From contig DHAP01000002.1 in NCBI GenBank assembly GCA_002397465.1, forward strand, positions 1,509 through 65,508: DNA of 64,000 nt, written 5' to 3'. The notes beneath the pieces were generated by a model. It worked only from the letters and a program-made list of their open reading frames with translations. It was not told the DNA's origin and made no database searches. How positions within the stretch are numbered: the stretch's first letter is position 1; every line of letters starts with the position of its first letter. Below are positions 1 through 9,262 of the stretch, one piece after another. A program made the translations under genes and the position numbers. The DNA comes from Bacillales bacterium UBA4951. GTDB taxonomy: Bacteria; Bacillota_I; Bacilli_A; RFN20; CAG-826.

Positions 1-22
1 TCTGAAAATATACTATGGCCTT

Positions 23-1195
23 ATGGTAGACAAAAAAGAACTTTCAACCTATCATCGTTTTTTCTCTCTTCCGTCTGAGGCGTTCGATGCTTATCTTACC
101 CAAAGTAAGAAGGAAGGCGTCGTCTTTCCTCTTCGACTCAATAGTGAGGACGTTTTCTATCATCGGACCAACTCTCTTTCTGATTCCTTGATCTTGCTTG
201 CCTCCCTGGAAGGTGATTTCCGCCAGCTTGAGGGGAGTCTCTCGGCAATTGCCCAAGACGAGCTGATCCGAACTTGCCTTGTCGAAGAGGTCTATCAGAC
301 CAATCTCATCGAAGGGGTCCATTCGACCAGGAAAGAGATCTTCCGTCTCCTGGAGGATTTTGCCAATGCGAAAAAAGGCAAAATCATCTCGATAGTTAAC
401 AAATACCGTATTTTGCTGGAACAGGGGTTCTCGCCAATCCAGAGTCTTGATGACATCCGCCATCTTTATGATGTCTTGATGGAAGGGGCCATCATGAAGA
501 AAGACCGTCCTGATGGCGTTCTTTTTCGCAAGGACAGCGTGTCCGTTACCAACGGAGTTATGAGCCTTCATGAGGGTTTGTATCCCGAAGAGAGGATTGA
601 GGAAGCCCTACAGGTTGTCTTATCGCTCTTAAATGGAAAGGACTTCACTTTCTATGAACGGTCCGCCATCGCTCATTATCTTTTTGAGTACGCCCACCCG
701 TTTTATGACGGGAACGGAAGAATGGGACGTTACATCCTTTCCCTTTACGCCTTGGAAGAGAAGCCAAAAGCTTTTGCTTTTCGTATCGCGGCGAGCATCG
801 GCGAGGGCAAGGCCAAATACTATCGCGCATTCAAGGAATACCAAGACGTCCGCAACCACAACGATTTGGCTACTTTCGTTGGTCCGATGCTTGATTTTTA
901 CATCGCTGATTACCGTCATTTGATCAAGGAAATTCAGGACAAGAAAGCGGAAGTCGCCCTTTGGCAGGGCAAGATCCTTTCCTGGAATCTTTCGAAAGGC
1001 GAAAGGAAGACCGCCGCCGTTCTTTCCGAAGGGAGTGTTTGGTCAGTTTATGGGGTGAGCAAGAGCGCCCTTGCCATAGCCGCAGGCTTGGATGAACGAA
1101 GCGTTCAAAGGCATTTGGCCTCTCTCGAGAAAAAGAAACTAGTCCTTCGCCAGAAAATCGGCCGGCAAACCTATTTTCGCCTCTCCAATAGCTAA
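23..1195 (+). CDS. Fic family protein (AMPylase-type core) with C-terminal winged-helix-like tail
   Basis: 390-aa ORF. Fic motif HPFYDGNGRMGR at nt 695-730. Inhibitory-helix-like TNLIEG at nt 299-316. The C-terminal ERSVQRHLASLEKKKLV segment resembles a wHTH. Confidence 0.85.
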   Translation: MVDKKELSTYHRFFSLPSEAFDAYLTQSKKEGVVFPLRLNSEDVFYHRTNSLSDSLILLASLEGDFRQLEGSLSAIAQDELIRTCLVEEVYQTNLIEGVHSTRKEIFRLLEDFANAKKGKIISIVNKYRILLEQGFSPIQSLDDIRHLYDVLMEGAIMKKDRPDGVLFRKDSVSVTNGVMSLHEGLYPEERIEEALQVVLSLLNGKDFTFYERSAIAHYLFEYAHPFYDGNGRMGRYILSLYALEEKPKAFAFRIAASIGEGKAKYYRAFKEYQDVRNHNDLATFVGPMLDFYIADYRHLIKEIQDKKAEVALWQGKILSWNLSKGERKTAAVLSEGSVWSVYGVSKSALAIAAGLDERSVQRHLASLEKKKLVLRQKIGRQTYFRLSNS

Positions 1196-1489
1196 ACGAC
1201 TGGCGTAGTTATTACGATCTTACGGGTCACAAAGAAAAAGTCGTGATGATCGACCGCTGAAACGCATCATTATCATGTAGATAAAACACGAAAATTGTTT
1301 ATAAAGTCAAATTACAAGGCAAAATTAAGAAATTTCTTATGTTATAAACAAAATATTTGTTTAAAGCCGACTTCGAGTTACATCTTTTCGAAAAATAGTG
1401 ACTTACCGCTCGCCAAGAACCGTTATGGTGACGTCAATAAGCGTGAGCGTGCTTATTTGTGTCTGAATCAGCGTTAAGGGGAATGTGGT

Positions 1490-2083
1490 ATGAGTGGAAT
1501 AGATGAAACAATCGGAAGCTTCTTTAGCCTACTACAGAAAAACGCCGGAGGGTTCTTCACCCCGTTTTTTCATATCGTCAGTTATCTAGGCGATTATGGG
1601 ATAGCGTTCATTCTCGCTATTGTGGTTCTTATGGTCTTCAGGAAGACGAGAAGATGCGCTTTGATCGCCTTATTAGCTATCGGGTTTGGATTCTTGGTCA
1701 CCAATCTCATCCTTAAGAACGTCATAGCCCGCCCACGTCCATTCGCGGAGACCGACAGCCCATTTTATGGCTGGTGGGTCGCTGCCGGTTCGATGAAGGA
1801 ATCAGGGTATTCGTTCCCTTCTGGTCACACGACATTAGCCATGGCTTTTGGATTCTCTTTGTTCCTATATTTCCCGAAACGTTATTCTTGGTCTTTCTTG
1901 ATTATCCCGGTTTTGATGGGTTCCTCGCGTCTATATTTTGCCGTTCACTATGCGACTGACGTCTTAGGTGGGTTCCTCGTGGGCGCCGTAGTGTCCGTTA
2001 TCGCATACTTCTTGGTCAAGTGGCTCGGGCGTTATAAGAAATTCGATTCTCTCTTCCCTCCAAGGGAAGAACAAAGACAATGA
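1490..2083 (+). CDS. PAP2-family membrane phosphatase
   Basis: 197-aa multi-TM ORF with PAP2 signature blocks KNVIARPRP, SFPSGHT and SRLYFAVHYATDV. GGGGAA lies upstream of the ATG. Confidence 0.8.
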   Translation: MSGIDETIGSFFSLLQKNAGGFFTPFFHIVSYLGDYGIAFILAIVVLMVFRKTRRCALIALLAIGFGFLVTNLILKNVIARPRPFAETDSPFYGWWVAAGSMKESGYSFPSGHTTLAMAFGFSLFLYFPKRYSWSFLIIPVLMGSSRLYFAVHYATDVLGGFLVGAVVSVIAYFLVKWLGRYKKFDSLFPPREEQRQ

Positions 2084-2087
2084 TAAG

Positions 2088-2126
2088 AAAACCCCCTCGT
2101 CCTTTATGGATAGGGGGTTATTTCGT
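2088..2126. terminator. bidirectional intrinsic terminator between convergent genes
   Basis: CCCCCT (2092-2097) pairs with AGGGGG (2112-2117). An A-run lies on one side and a T-rich tract on the other. It sits between the PAP2 and peroxiredoxin stop codons. Confidence 0.55.
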
Positions 2127-2138
2127 TAGACTCGGCCC

Positions 2139-2807
2139 TTATTTAAGGACTTTGTAGGAGAGCCACCAGTCGAGGGCTTTGACCTCGCCTTTTTTGATCA
2201 TCTCCTCGCGGGCTTTCTTGGCGGTTTCGTCGCCTGGTGGCGGAAGGATGACGACGTCTTTTCCAAAGAACTCGTTGTTAGGATAGTTCTCAGGGGCGGC
2301 GACGTGGTTCTTGTCGGCGACCTGAAGGGCGTTCAAGGCGCGTTTGATCTCGTTGATGGAGCGGCCGACTTCCTGTGGGTAGTACATGGTTAGGCGGAGC
2401 GTGCCATTCGGATCGATGATGAAGACGGCGCGGACGGTATTGGTGCCTTTGGCCTCATGGATCATGCCAAGGGCTTTGGCAACCTTTCCTAATTCGTCAG
2501 CGATGACGGGGAATCCGATTTCCTTGCCGGTCTTCTCTCCGATGAACTCCGTCCACTTCATGTGGGATTGGAGTTGGTCGACGGAAAGGCCGATGAGTTC
2601 GGTGTTCATGGCTCTGAACTCTTCTAGATGCTGGTTGAAGGCGATGAACTCCGTGGTGCAGACTGGGGTGAAATCACCTGGGTGAGAGAAGAGAACCACC
2701 CATTTGCCGGCATAGTCTTCCGGCAGGTTCTTTTTTCCGAAGGTCGTTTTGACCTCGAAGTGGGGGAACTTCTCCCCAAGTAGCGGCATAGAGACGTATT
2801 GTTCCAT
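2139..2807 (-). CDS. peroxiredoxin (Prx6-like, 1-Cys type)
   Basis: 222-aa ORF with the peroxidatic-Cys motif DFTPVCTTE and thioredoxin-fold blocks. AAGGAGG lies 5 nt upstream of the ATG. Confidence 0.9.
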   Translation of the reverse strand: MEQYVSMPLLGEKFPHFEVKTTFGKKNLPEDYAGKWVVLFSHPGDFTPVCTTEFIAFNQHLEEFRAMNTELIGLSVDQLQSHMKWTEFIGEKTGKEIGFPVIADELGKVAKALGMIHEAKGTNTVRAVFIIDPNGTLRLTMYYPQEVGRSINEIKRALNALQVADKNHVAAPENYPNNEFFGKDVVILPPPGDETAKKAREEMIKKGEVKALDWWLSYKVLK

Positions 2808-2871
2808 ATTTACCTCCTTATATTAAGTAATGGATTTTTTGTTTTCGGGGTATTGCTACCTCGTGGATTAA

Positions 2872-2886
2872 TGAAAACAATTATCA
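2872..2886 (-). promoter_or_regulatory. Fur-family (PerR/Fur-like) box candidate upstream of the peroxiredoxin gene
   Basis: TGAAAACAATTATCA matches the 7-1-7 consensus TGATAATNATTATCA at 12 of 14 specified positions. It lies 65-80 nt upstream of the prx start. Confidence 0.35.
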
Positions 2887-2913
2887 ATAAATAAAGCAAA
2901 GGAAACGCTCTAC

Positions 2914-2941
2914 ATAAAAAAGCCCAGCCTAGTGGCTGGGC
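2914..2941 (-). terminator. intrinsic terminator after the lipoprotein gene
   Basis: GCCCAGCC (2922-2929) pairs with GGCTGGGC (2934-2941) around a 4-nt loop. On the minus strand the hairpin is followed by a T-run (plus-strand A-run 2916-2921). Confidence 0.65.
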
Positions 2942-2958
2942 CCGGGGGCGTGTCTTTC

Positions 2959-4005
2959 TTACTTCGAAGTGGAAGTCTCGCTCTTGCTCACTAAGACGTA
3001 GCTGATCGTCTCAACGCCATCGGTGGTGGTGACCACTCTCTGGTATTTGCCGACGAAGAGCATCGATCCGAGGATGGCGACTTTGACGTCGTAGTAGGTG
3101 TTTCCGTCTTCTTCATAACGGGAGACCGCCATCTTCTCGGTCAATGAGGCATAGACCATGTCGCATTCATTGTCTTCTTCGTCCGTGTTGATGAGGTATC
3201 TCTCGATCGCGCCGTTTTGGATGGAGGTGTAGCCATAGGCTTCCTCTTTCTTGCCATCTTCAAGGACGCTGACTTGCTCGACGGCCAAGAAGGAGGACTG
3301 TCCTAAGAGGGCGAATGAGGAGAAGTCAGAGACTTCAGTCTCGGTGACCCCGTCTTCGACCTCAGTCTCGGTGACCGTCATCTTCTCGCTGAAGAAGCGG
3401 TACTCGGTCGACTCGATGACGGCGAGTCCTTGCTTCCACTCGCCAACCATGCTGGCGCCTTCATCATCGTCATAGTAATCAAACTCCATGCCTTCGCTTA
3501 AGAGGCTATCGAAGGCTCCGGTGGCAAAGCCATATCCGTGGAGGTGTTCTTTCTCGTCATCGCTTTCGCCGTCATTTGTCTCGACGCTGACATCGCCAGA
3601 GGCCTGAACGTCGACGCTTCCGGAAGTTGGATCGTTGAAGTATAGATATATCTTCTCAACGCTTCCATCAGGGAGGGTGTAGACGACTTCTTCTTCATTC
3701 GCGTAATCCTCTTTGTCAGAGGTGAGTGAGTTGGTATCGACGGAGTAGGAATTCAATGAGAGGGCGTCGAAGCTCGACAATGAGGCTCCGATGTTGTTGG
3801 GATCAAAGTCGATTGGGGACTTTGACTGTTTATGTTGGGCTTTGAGATACTTGCTTTTTGCGGTGTTATTGACAAGCAAGGCTGCAGAAACGACTTCCTT
3901 CTCCATTGATGTTGGCTGTTTGGAGGTGTTGTCTGTGGCGGCGCATCCGGTGAGGAGGCACATTCCTAAGGCGGCGATCGACAGGGCGGCTAATTGTTTT
4001 TTCAT
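2959..4005 (-). CDS. acidic lipoprotein of unknown function
   Basis: 348-aa ORF. Signal peptide with lipobox LLTGC. Asp/Glu-rich mature part. The C-terminal region resembles that of the upstream 350-aa membrane protein. Confidence 0.7.
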   Translation of the reverse strand: MKKQLAALSIAALGMCLLTGCAATDNTSKQPTSMEKEVVSAALLVNNTAKSKYLKAQHKQSKSPIDFDPNNIGASLSSFDALSLNSYSVDTNSLTSDKEDYANEEEVVYTLPDGSVEKIYLYFNDPTSGSVDVQASGDVSVETNDGESDDEKEHLHGYGFATGAFDSLLSEGMEFDYYDDDEGASMVGEWKQGLAVIESTEYRFFSEKMTVTETEVEDGVTETEVSDFSSFALLGQSSFLAVEQVSVLEDGKKEEAYGYTSIQNGAIERYLINTDEEDNECDMVYASLTEKMAVSRYEEDGNTYYDVKVAILGSMLFVGKYQRVVTTTDGVETISYVLVSKSETSTSK

Positions 4006-4063
4006 GGTTTTTTCTTTCCTTTGCCCTTATGACGTAACGGAAAGGCAAGATGTTGGAAAAACT

Positions 4064-5116
4064 TTAGTCCTCTTTTATTACATATGAACCATAAGTGTAG
4101 GTTCTTTCGCCATTATTGTAAGAGAGTGAAATCTTGCCAACAAAGATGCCATAGATGCCATATGTCGTTTCGCTTTCTTTTTTGACGTGGAAATAGCCGC
4201 CGGAGTTATCTTCGAGGAGATAGTATTTGGCTTCAACGATCGGGGTTATCCCATCCTCTTCGAGCAAGGCGGTCGAGAAAGTGGTCGTGAGCTTGCCCTC
4301 CTCAAAGATGTTATATGAGAAGTAGAAGAGGCCTTTGCTCTTCTTTTGGCTGACGCTGACTTTATGCTCATCATCGGATGAGGTGAGAATGACCTCAAGG
4401 TCCTCATAGCCATCGGTGGTGACGTTGGCGCCCGTGAGGAAATAAGTGCTCTCGTCATCCTCGACGATCTCACCGGATAAGCTCTTCCAGACTTCCCCGG
4501 AGAAGGTCACGTTGAAATAGAGCATCCCCATCTCACCGAGGTCGGATCTATAGGTATAGGTGCCATTATTGGTGACGAAGCTGCCTTCATAGACGTCATA
4601 GTTTTCGTCGCTGCTGGAGAAAGCGTCGCGGACAGAGGACTCCATGATCTCATAGGCGTCGACTTCCTCTTCGAAACGCTTGTAGAAGATGTCTTCGTTG
4701 TCGTCGTCATCATCGCTGTCATTCTCTTTATAGACATGTTTGGCGTTTGAGAGGTTGCTGGCACTAGAAAGAGCCTGGCTCTTCTTTAATAAAGGATATA
4801 AGGAAGAGACCTCATAGGTGAAAGTCGCGGCCTGGTTCTTCAAAGGCGAGACGTTGATGTCGCTCAAGCTTCCGATCGGCTCGCTAGATGACTCTACGGC
4901 CGGGGCGTTGTGGCTGACGGGGATATAGATGGCAAAGGCCACAAGGAGAGCCGCACAGGCTCCTAGCGCGCTATAAAAAGGAACGCGGTAGCTCTTGACG
5001 GGCTTCGCTTTGGCCGTTTCTTCATGGTACTTCGAAAGGATGTCCTGGGCCGAGGTCTTGATCTCGTAGGATGATTTGAGGCCATCTTTTAGATTTGATT
5101 CAAATTTGTCATCCAT
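4064..5116 (-). CDS. single-pass membrane protein, anti-sigma-factor candidate
   Basis: 350 aa. A short cytoplasmic N-terminus, one TM (FYSALGACAALLVAFAIYIPV) and a large extracytoplasmic domain. It overlaps the 3' end of the upstream ECF sigma gene by 28 nt. Confidence 0.6.
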   Translation of the reverse strand: MDDKFESNLKDGLKSSYEIKTSAQDILSKYHEETAKAKPVKSYRVPFYSALGACAALLVAFAIYIPVSHNAPAVESSSEPIGSLSDINVSPLKNQAATFTYEVSSLYPLLKKSQALSSASNLSNAKHVYKENDSDDDDDNEDIFYKRFEEEVDAYEIMESSVRDAFSSSDENYDVYEGSFVTNNGTYTYRSDLGEMGMLYFNVTFSGEVWKSLSGEIVEDDESTYFLTGANVTTDGYEDLEVILTSSDDEHKVSVSQKKSKGLFYFSYNIFEEGKLTTTFSTALLEEDGITPIVEAKYYLLEDNSGGYFHVKKESETTYGIYGIFVGKISLSYNNGERTYTYGSYVIKED

Positions 5117-5649
5117 TTTTTGTCCAATCCTTTCTTTAATTTATCGAGGGCGACGCTGTAGGTATAGGTGAGAGTCCCGACTGGCCTATTGAGGCTTTTG
5201 GAGATTTCCTTGAAGCTCATGTCGGAGAGTATCCGTAAGGTGAATACCTGAAACTCGAATGGCGATAAGAGCTTTTTGATCTCGAGGAGCAAGGGGCCTG
5301 ATTCATCGATTGGGGGATCATCGTTCCCAATCACGTCGGAGACGCCTTCGTCATCGAGCTCAACGTTCTTCTTTCGTTTTCGTAGCTCGTCTATCGCAAG
5401 GTTCTTCGCGCTGCTGCAGAGGTAGGAGTAGGGGTTGAGGTGGACTTTGAATGTCGAGACGTTCTTGAGAAGGCTGACATAGGCGTTCTGGAGAATATCC
5501 TCCGCCTCCGCGTTCTCGCGCACGTATGAGTAGATGAGAAAATACACCTTCTCCTTGGTCAATTCGTAAAACGATGCGAATTGGCCTTCAGGGTCTTTGA
5601 GGAAGAGTTTGGAGGCTTCCTTGATGGCGTTTTTCTCTGACTCTAGCAT
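5089..5649 (-). CDS. ECF-type sigma-70 family RNA polymerase sigma factor
   Basis: Region 2 (DILQNAYVSLLKN) and region 4 (FTLRILSDMSFKEISKSLNRPVGTLTYTY) are recognisable. I place the start at the internal ATG 5649, which is preceded by GAGGGGGA. The track ORF extends further, to 5712. Confidence 0.8.
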   Translation of the reverse strand: MLESEKNAIKEASKLFLKDPEGQFASFYELTKEKVYFLIYSYVRENAEAEDILQNAYVSLLKNVSTFKVHLNPYSYLCSSAKNLAIDELRKRKKNVELDDEGVSDVIGNDDPPIDESGPLLLEIKKLLSPFEFQVFTLRILSDMSFKEISKSLNRPVGTLTYTYSVALDKLKKGLDKKWMTNLNQI

Positions 5650-5780
5650 GCTCCCCCTCATTTCTATGACGTAATGGACCTCCATTTTGTTGGAAAAAAC
5701 CACAAAAGGCAAGCCTACCTAAACAAAAAGAAGCGGATTAGTCGAACCATTCCGCTTCTTGTAAATATGATAAACGCCTA

Positions 5781-6542
5781 TTATTTGCTCTTTATGGCCT
5801 TAGGAGCCTTGGGGCAGAATGTCTTCTTTTTAGTGATAGGAAGAGTGACGAACAAGACGAAATAAACGACCGAGAAGATGAACAAGACATAACAGCCGGT
5901 GTCCGCCATGTTGGTGCCGTTTTGATTGGTGGCGCCAGTCAACAAGATGGTGTTGACAAGCGAAACTACGAGATTGGCAAGATTGAGGCCAAATGACCAG
6001 AACCAGAAAGTCCTTCTGGAAGTGGGGTCAAGCCATAAGCCAATGCTCAAGAGAGCGGAGGATAAGAACAAAAGAGTTTCAATCCAGGCCCCGATGGTTG
6101 GCCAAGCGCTGATTTTGAAGAGGGTTTGATAGAAATCGAATCCAGCCGACATTGAGAGCTGGGAACCTATTATGACATCTGTTTTGAAATACGAAAGGAA
6201 CGAGAGGACGATGGCAATCACGATAGCGGACATGCAGTAGATGAAGGCCCCGTAGTAACGTTTCCCGATGCCTTTTTCCTCAAGGCTGGGGTTTCTGGCC
6301 ACCACGACGGTCGAGACATTCGTGTCCGGATTCTTTCTTTCGCCATTGATGATCTCGTCGATTCCGACTTTATAGAAAGAAGCCAGTTTCTCAAGCGTGG
6401 CGATGTCGGGCACCGAGTCGCCGCTCTCCCATTTGGAGACTGCTTGCGGTGAGACTTGAAAAATATCCGCCTCATCCTGCTGACGAAGGTTCTTTTCGTT
6501 TCTCAGCTTGGTTAAAAACGTCCCCATTTTCATTTTGTCCAT
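5781..6542 (-). CDS. XRE-family HTH protein fused to a multi-TM domain
   Basis: N-terminal HTH (LRNEKNLRQQDEADIFQVSPQAVSKWESG) followed by 4-5 hydrophobic helices. Start chosen at MDKMKMG, 7 nt after AAGGAGG. Confidence 0.75.
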   Translation of the reverse strand: MDKMKMGTFLTKLRNEKNLRQQDEADIFQVSPQAVSKWESGDSVPDIATLEKLASFYKVGIDEIINGERKNPDTNVSTVVVARNPSLEEKGIGKRYYGAFIYCMSAIVIAIVLSFLSYFKTDVIIGSQLSMSAGFDFYQTLFKISAWPTIGAWIETLLFLSSALLSIGLWLDPTSRRTFWFWSFGLNLANLVVSLVNTILLTGATNQNGTNMADTGCYVLFIFSVVYFVLFVTLPITKKKTFCPKAPKAIKSK

Positions 6543-6712
6543 CGTGATGCCTCCTTGGCTCGTAACCATCTTCATCTCAAGGTGGCCTCATAGCAACAAA
6601 CCCTTCCTTGAAATGAGTCAACCGATAGTTGAGTTGCTTAAAAAAGCATAGATTAGATGGGACGTTTTGTATAGGTAATTATTAAGGAAACAAAAGCAAA
6701 AAACTATTGTTA

Positions 6713-7315
6713 TCAATCTTTTTTCTTCATTATCAAAAGATAAGAGGAGTCATCTTCGGAAGCTAAAACAGTGGAGAAATGGTCTTGATAGTAATGGCTT
6801 TCTTCAAGTGGTGAGGCAATATCCCGGGAGATGCTTGGGCAGATGGAGTCATGATGCTTCCTTAATTGTTCCCTGGACAAAGAATGGACGATGGCAAACC
6901 TTCCGCCTTTACGCAGGACTCTGTTCAAGGCCTCGGATAGTTTTTCTGGCTCAAGAAAGTGGGGATAGGCGTTATAGATGACCACATAGTCATAGGCACT
7001 ATATTCCTCATCAAGGAGAAAGTCGCCTTGCCTAAAGACGGCCCACGGACGCCCTTCGTATTTTTTCTTGGCTTCCTCAATCATCTTCTTTGAGAGGTCA
7101 ATCCCATAAACCGTCTCATTCGAATAGGCGTGGATGAGCCCAGTGACGACACCGGTCCCACAAGCCACGTCAGCGACCTTTTCGCCTTTCTTGATCTCGA
7201 GTTTGTCCATGAGGGTTTTGATCTTCATGGAATTACCGTTCTCAAAAGAGTCCCATTTAGGGGCCAACTCATCGAAGAATTCTTGTATTGCCTTATTGTC
7301 CATGTTAATTCTCAT
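6713..7315 (-). CDS. class I SAM-dependent methyltransferase
   Basis: 200 aa with SAM-binding motif I VADVACGTGV. Its start overlaps the stop of the upstream SBP gene (ATGA). Confidence 0.8.
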   Translation of the reverse strand: MRINMDNKAIQEFFDELAPKWDSFENGNSMKIKTLMDKLEIKKGEKVADVACGTGVVTGLIHAYSNETVYGIDLSKKMIEEAKKKYEGRPWAVFRQGDFLLDEEYSAYDYVVIYNAYPHFLEPEKLSEALNRVLRKGGRFAIVHSLSREQLRKHHDSICPSISRDIASPLEESHYYQDHFSTVLASEDDSSYLLIMKKKD

Positions 7316-8496
7316 GAGGCGAAGAAGGTCGCGGTGTCGATCTTTTGATAGCCGCCGAAGCTATTCGGGTAGGCTTTGATCTCAGTCGCCAATTCTTTGC
7401 CCAAGAAGGCTTTGGTGATCTCGTTTGTCTTATCGTCGATGTTGATGTCGGTGAAAAGGTCAGGATAGACCACTTTGGCGTTGTACCAGGTATTCACAAG
7501 GGCCAACTCGACGTTTGTGTAGTAGGCGTTATAGGCCATTTGGAGATAGACCTCGCTATTGTTCCAGGCTTTGCAGGTAGAGAAGATAGTGTTGTCTTCT
7601 TTATACTTCGGCTTGATGTTTTTGACCGCGGCCGAGTCGATGATCATGACGTCGATGTCGCTTCCGATGGAGACGAATTTTTCTTTTTCGATCTTCTGGA
7701 CGCCATCGGTGGCCAACCCCGATACGACGTTGGTGATATTGGCGACATTGAATGGCTCATAGTTTTGGGAGGTCATCAAATAGTCGGTGGTGCCCCAATT
7801 GCCCAAGCCACAGATATAAACCTTCTTGCTTGGGGTCACATCCTTGGTTCTTGAGACGATCTCATCCTTCTCGCTCTTGATGAAAGAGTTGAGGGTGTTG
7901 GCTTTTTCCTCTTTGCCAAAGATGGTGCCAAGCAAGTCGATGCTATCGGCGATTGACTGGTCAAAAACGCCTTTTGAGCCATATTTGACGGTGATAACCG
8001 GGACGCCGACTTGTTCTTGGAGGGCATCTTCCTTGGTGACGTCCTCATATTCGGAGATGACGATGTCAGGGGTGCAAGATAGGATCTTCTCGGCTTCGGC
8101 GGTCTGGGCGTTCGGGCCTCCGACCCCGCATGAAGGGGGCTTGGAGAAGACGTCTTTGTTGGCGATGAAGTATGGTCTAGCCACCCCATCGAACATCTTT
8201 GGGCGGGAGCTTAAGGACTCGTTATCGATGTCCTCGACTCCAGAAAGGATATTGACGTCTCCGACATAAGAATATAGACGGAGGGCACCGGCCCCGATGC
8301 AAACGACGCGTTTATATGATCCTGGCTTGATGGTGATTTCCCTGCCGACCATATCGATGACGGTTTTTTCTTCGCTAGCAGAAGTGGTCGGCGTCTCGCT
8401 CGTTGCGATGTCCTCGCTGCTAGTCGTGGTTGGCGTGCAGCCTGAAAGGGCCATGCAGGTAAAGGCCAAAGCGAATAACGGAAGCTTATTTTTCAT
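7312..8496 (-). CDS. ABC transporter substrate-binding lipoprotein (FecB/BtuF-like, iron-chelate or corrinoid class)
   Basis: 394 aa. Lipobox ALSGC. Sits in an operon with a FecCD permease and a FepC-like ATPase. Confidence 0.8.
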   Translation of the reverse strand: MKNKLPLFALAFTCMALSGCTPTTTSSEDIATSETPTTSASEEKTVIDMVGREITIKPGSYKRVVCIGAGALRLYSYVGDVNILSGVEDIDNESLSSRPKMFDGVARPYFIANKDVFSKPPSCGVGGPNAQTAEAEKILSCTPDIVISEYEDVTKEDALQEQVGVPVITVKYGSKGVFDQSIADSIDLLGTIFGKEEKANTLNSFIKSEKDEIVSRTKDVTPSKKVYICGLGNWGTTDYLMTSQNYEPFNVANITNVVSGLATDGVQKIEKEKFVSIGSDIDVMIIDSAAVKNIKPKYKEDNTIFSTCKAWNNSEVYLQMAYNAYYTNVELALVNTWYNAKVVYPDLFTDINIDDKTNEITKAFLGKELATEIKAYPNSFGGYQKIDTATFFAS

Positions 8497-9262
8497 CTTC
8501 GTTTCCTCCTATCGTGATGAACCGTTTTTTATTGACCGTCTCAATCGAGACATCAATTCCATAGATGTCGGATATCGTCTTTTCGGAGATGATTCCCTCA
8601 TCTCCCGAGTATTTGATGGCCCCATTTTTCATGAGGAAGAACCTATCCCCGAAGTTCATGGCCAAATCCAGATTATGGATGGAGACGAGAACGCTGATGC
8701 CACGGTCACCATGGGCGATCTTCCTCGCTTCTTGAAGGATCAAGTGCTCATTGGCGATATCAAGGTTCCCGGTTGGCTCATCGAAGACCAGCAACTTCGG
8801 TTCTTGCGATAAGGCCCTTGCGATGGCCACCTTTTGCTTCTCGCCGCCGGACAAGGAGTTGACGTTTCGGTCTTTGAAGGCCGTTAGGCCGGTCTCCTCT
8901 ATCACCTCATCGACGGCTTTTTTGTCTTCTTCTTTCGGGAAGAAGCCGAACCTGCTGAGGCGGCCTGAGAGAATCGTGTCATAGACGCTTAAATCGCCAA
9001 AAGAGATGCTCTGAGGGACATAGGCAATGGTCCTGGCCCTTTCTAGGTGCTTCATTTTGTCAAGGTTGCTTGAGTCAAAAAGCATCTCTCCGCCAAAAGG
9101 ATGATAGACGCCGACCAAGAGTTTGAACAAAGTGCTCTTGCCAGAGCCATTGGGTCCTAACAAGATGCCGACTTCCTTCTCTTTTAAGGAAAGATTCAGC
9201 CCGTTGAGGACCAAGGGACTCTTTTTGGAATATCCGAATTTGAGGTTTTCGATCTCTAGCAT
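8486..9262 (-). CDS. ABC transporter ATP-binding protein (FepC/FecE-like)
   Basis: Walker A GPNGSGKST, signature LSGGEKQ and Walker B LLVFDEPT. Confidence 0.9.
   Translation of the reverse strand: MLEIENLKFGYSKKSPLVLNGLNLSLKEKEVGILLGPNGSGKSTLFKLLVGVYHPFGGEMLFDSSNLDKMKHLERARTIAYVPQSISFGDLSVYDTILSGRLSRFGFFPKEEDKKAVDEVIEETGLTAFKDRNVNSLSGGEKQKVAIARALSQEPKLLVFDEPTGNLDIANEHLILQEARKIAHGDRGISVLVSIHNLDLAMNFGDRFFLMKNGAIKYSGDEGIISEKTISDIYGIDVSIETVNKKRFITIGGNEDEK

Noticed and set aside
1295-1477. A 60-aa ORF in the 300-bp AT-rich gap between the Fic and PAP2 genes, and the 10-bp inverted repeat TTGTTTATAA/TTATAAACAA within it.
   Set aside because: The ORF has a TTG start, no RBS and a Lys/Asn-rich low-complexity translation. 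An inverted repeat of this size in AT-rich DNA is not distinctive enough to call.
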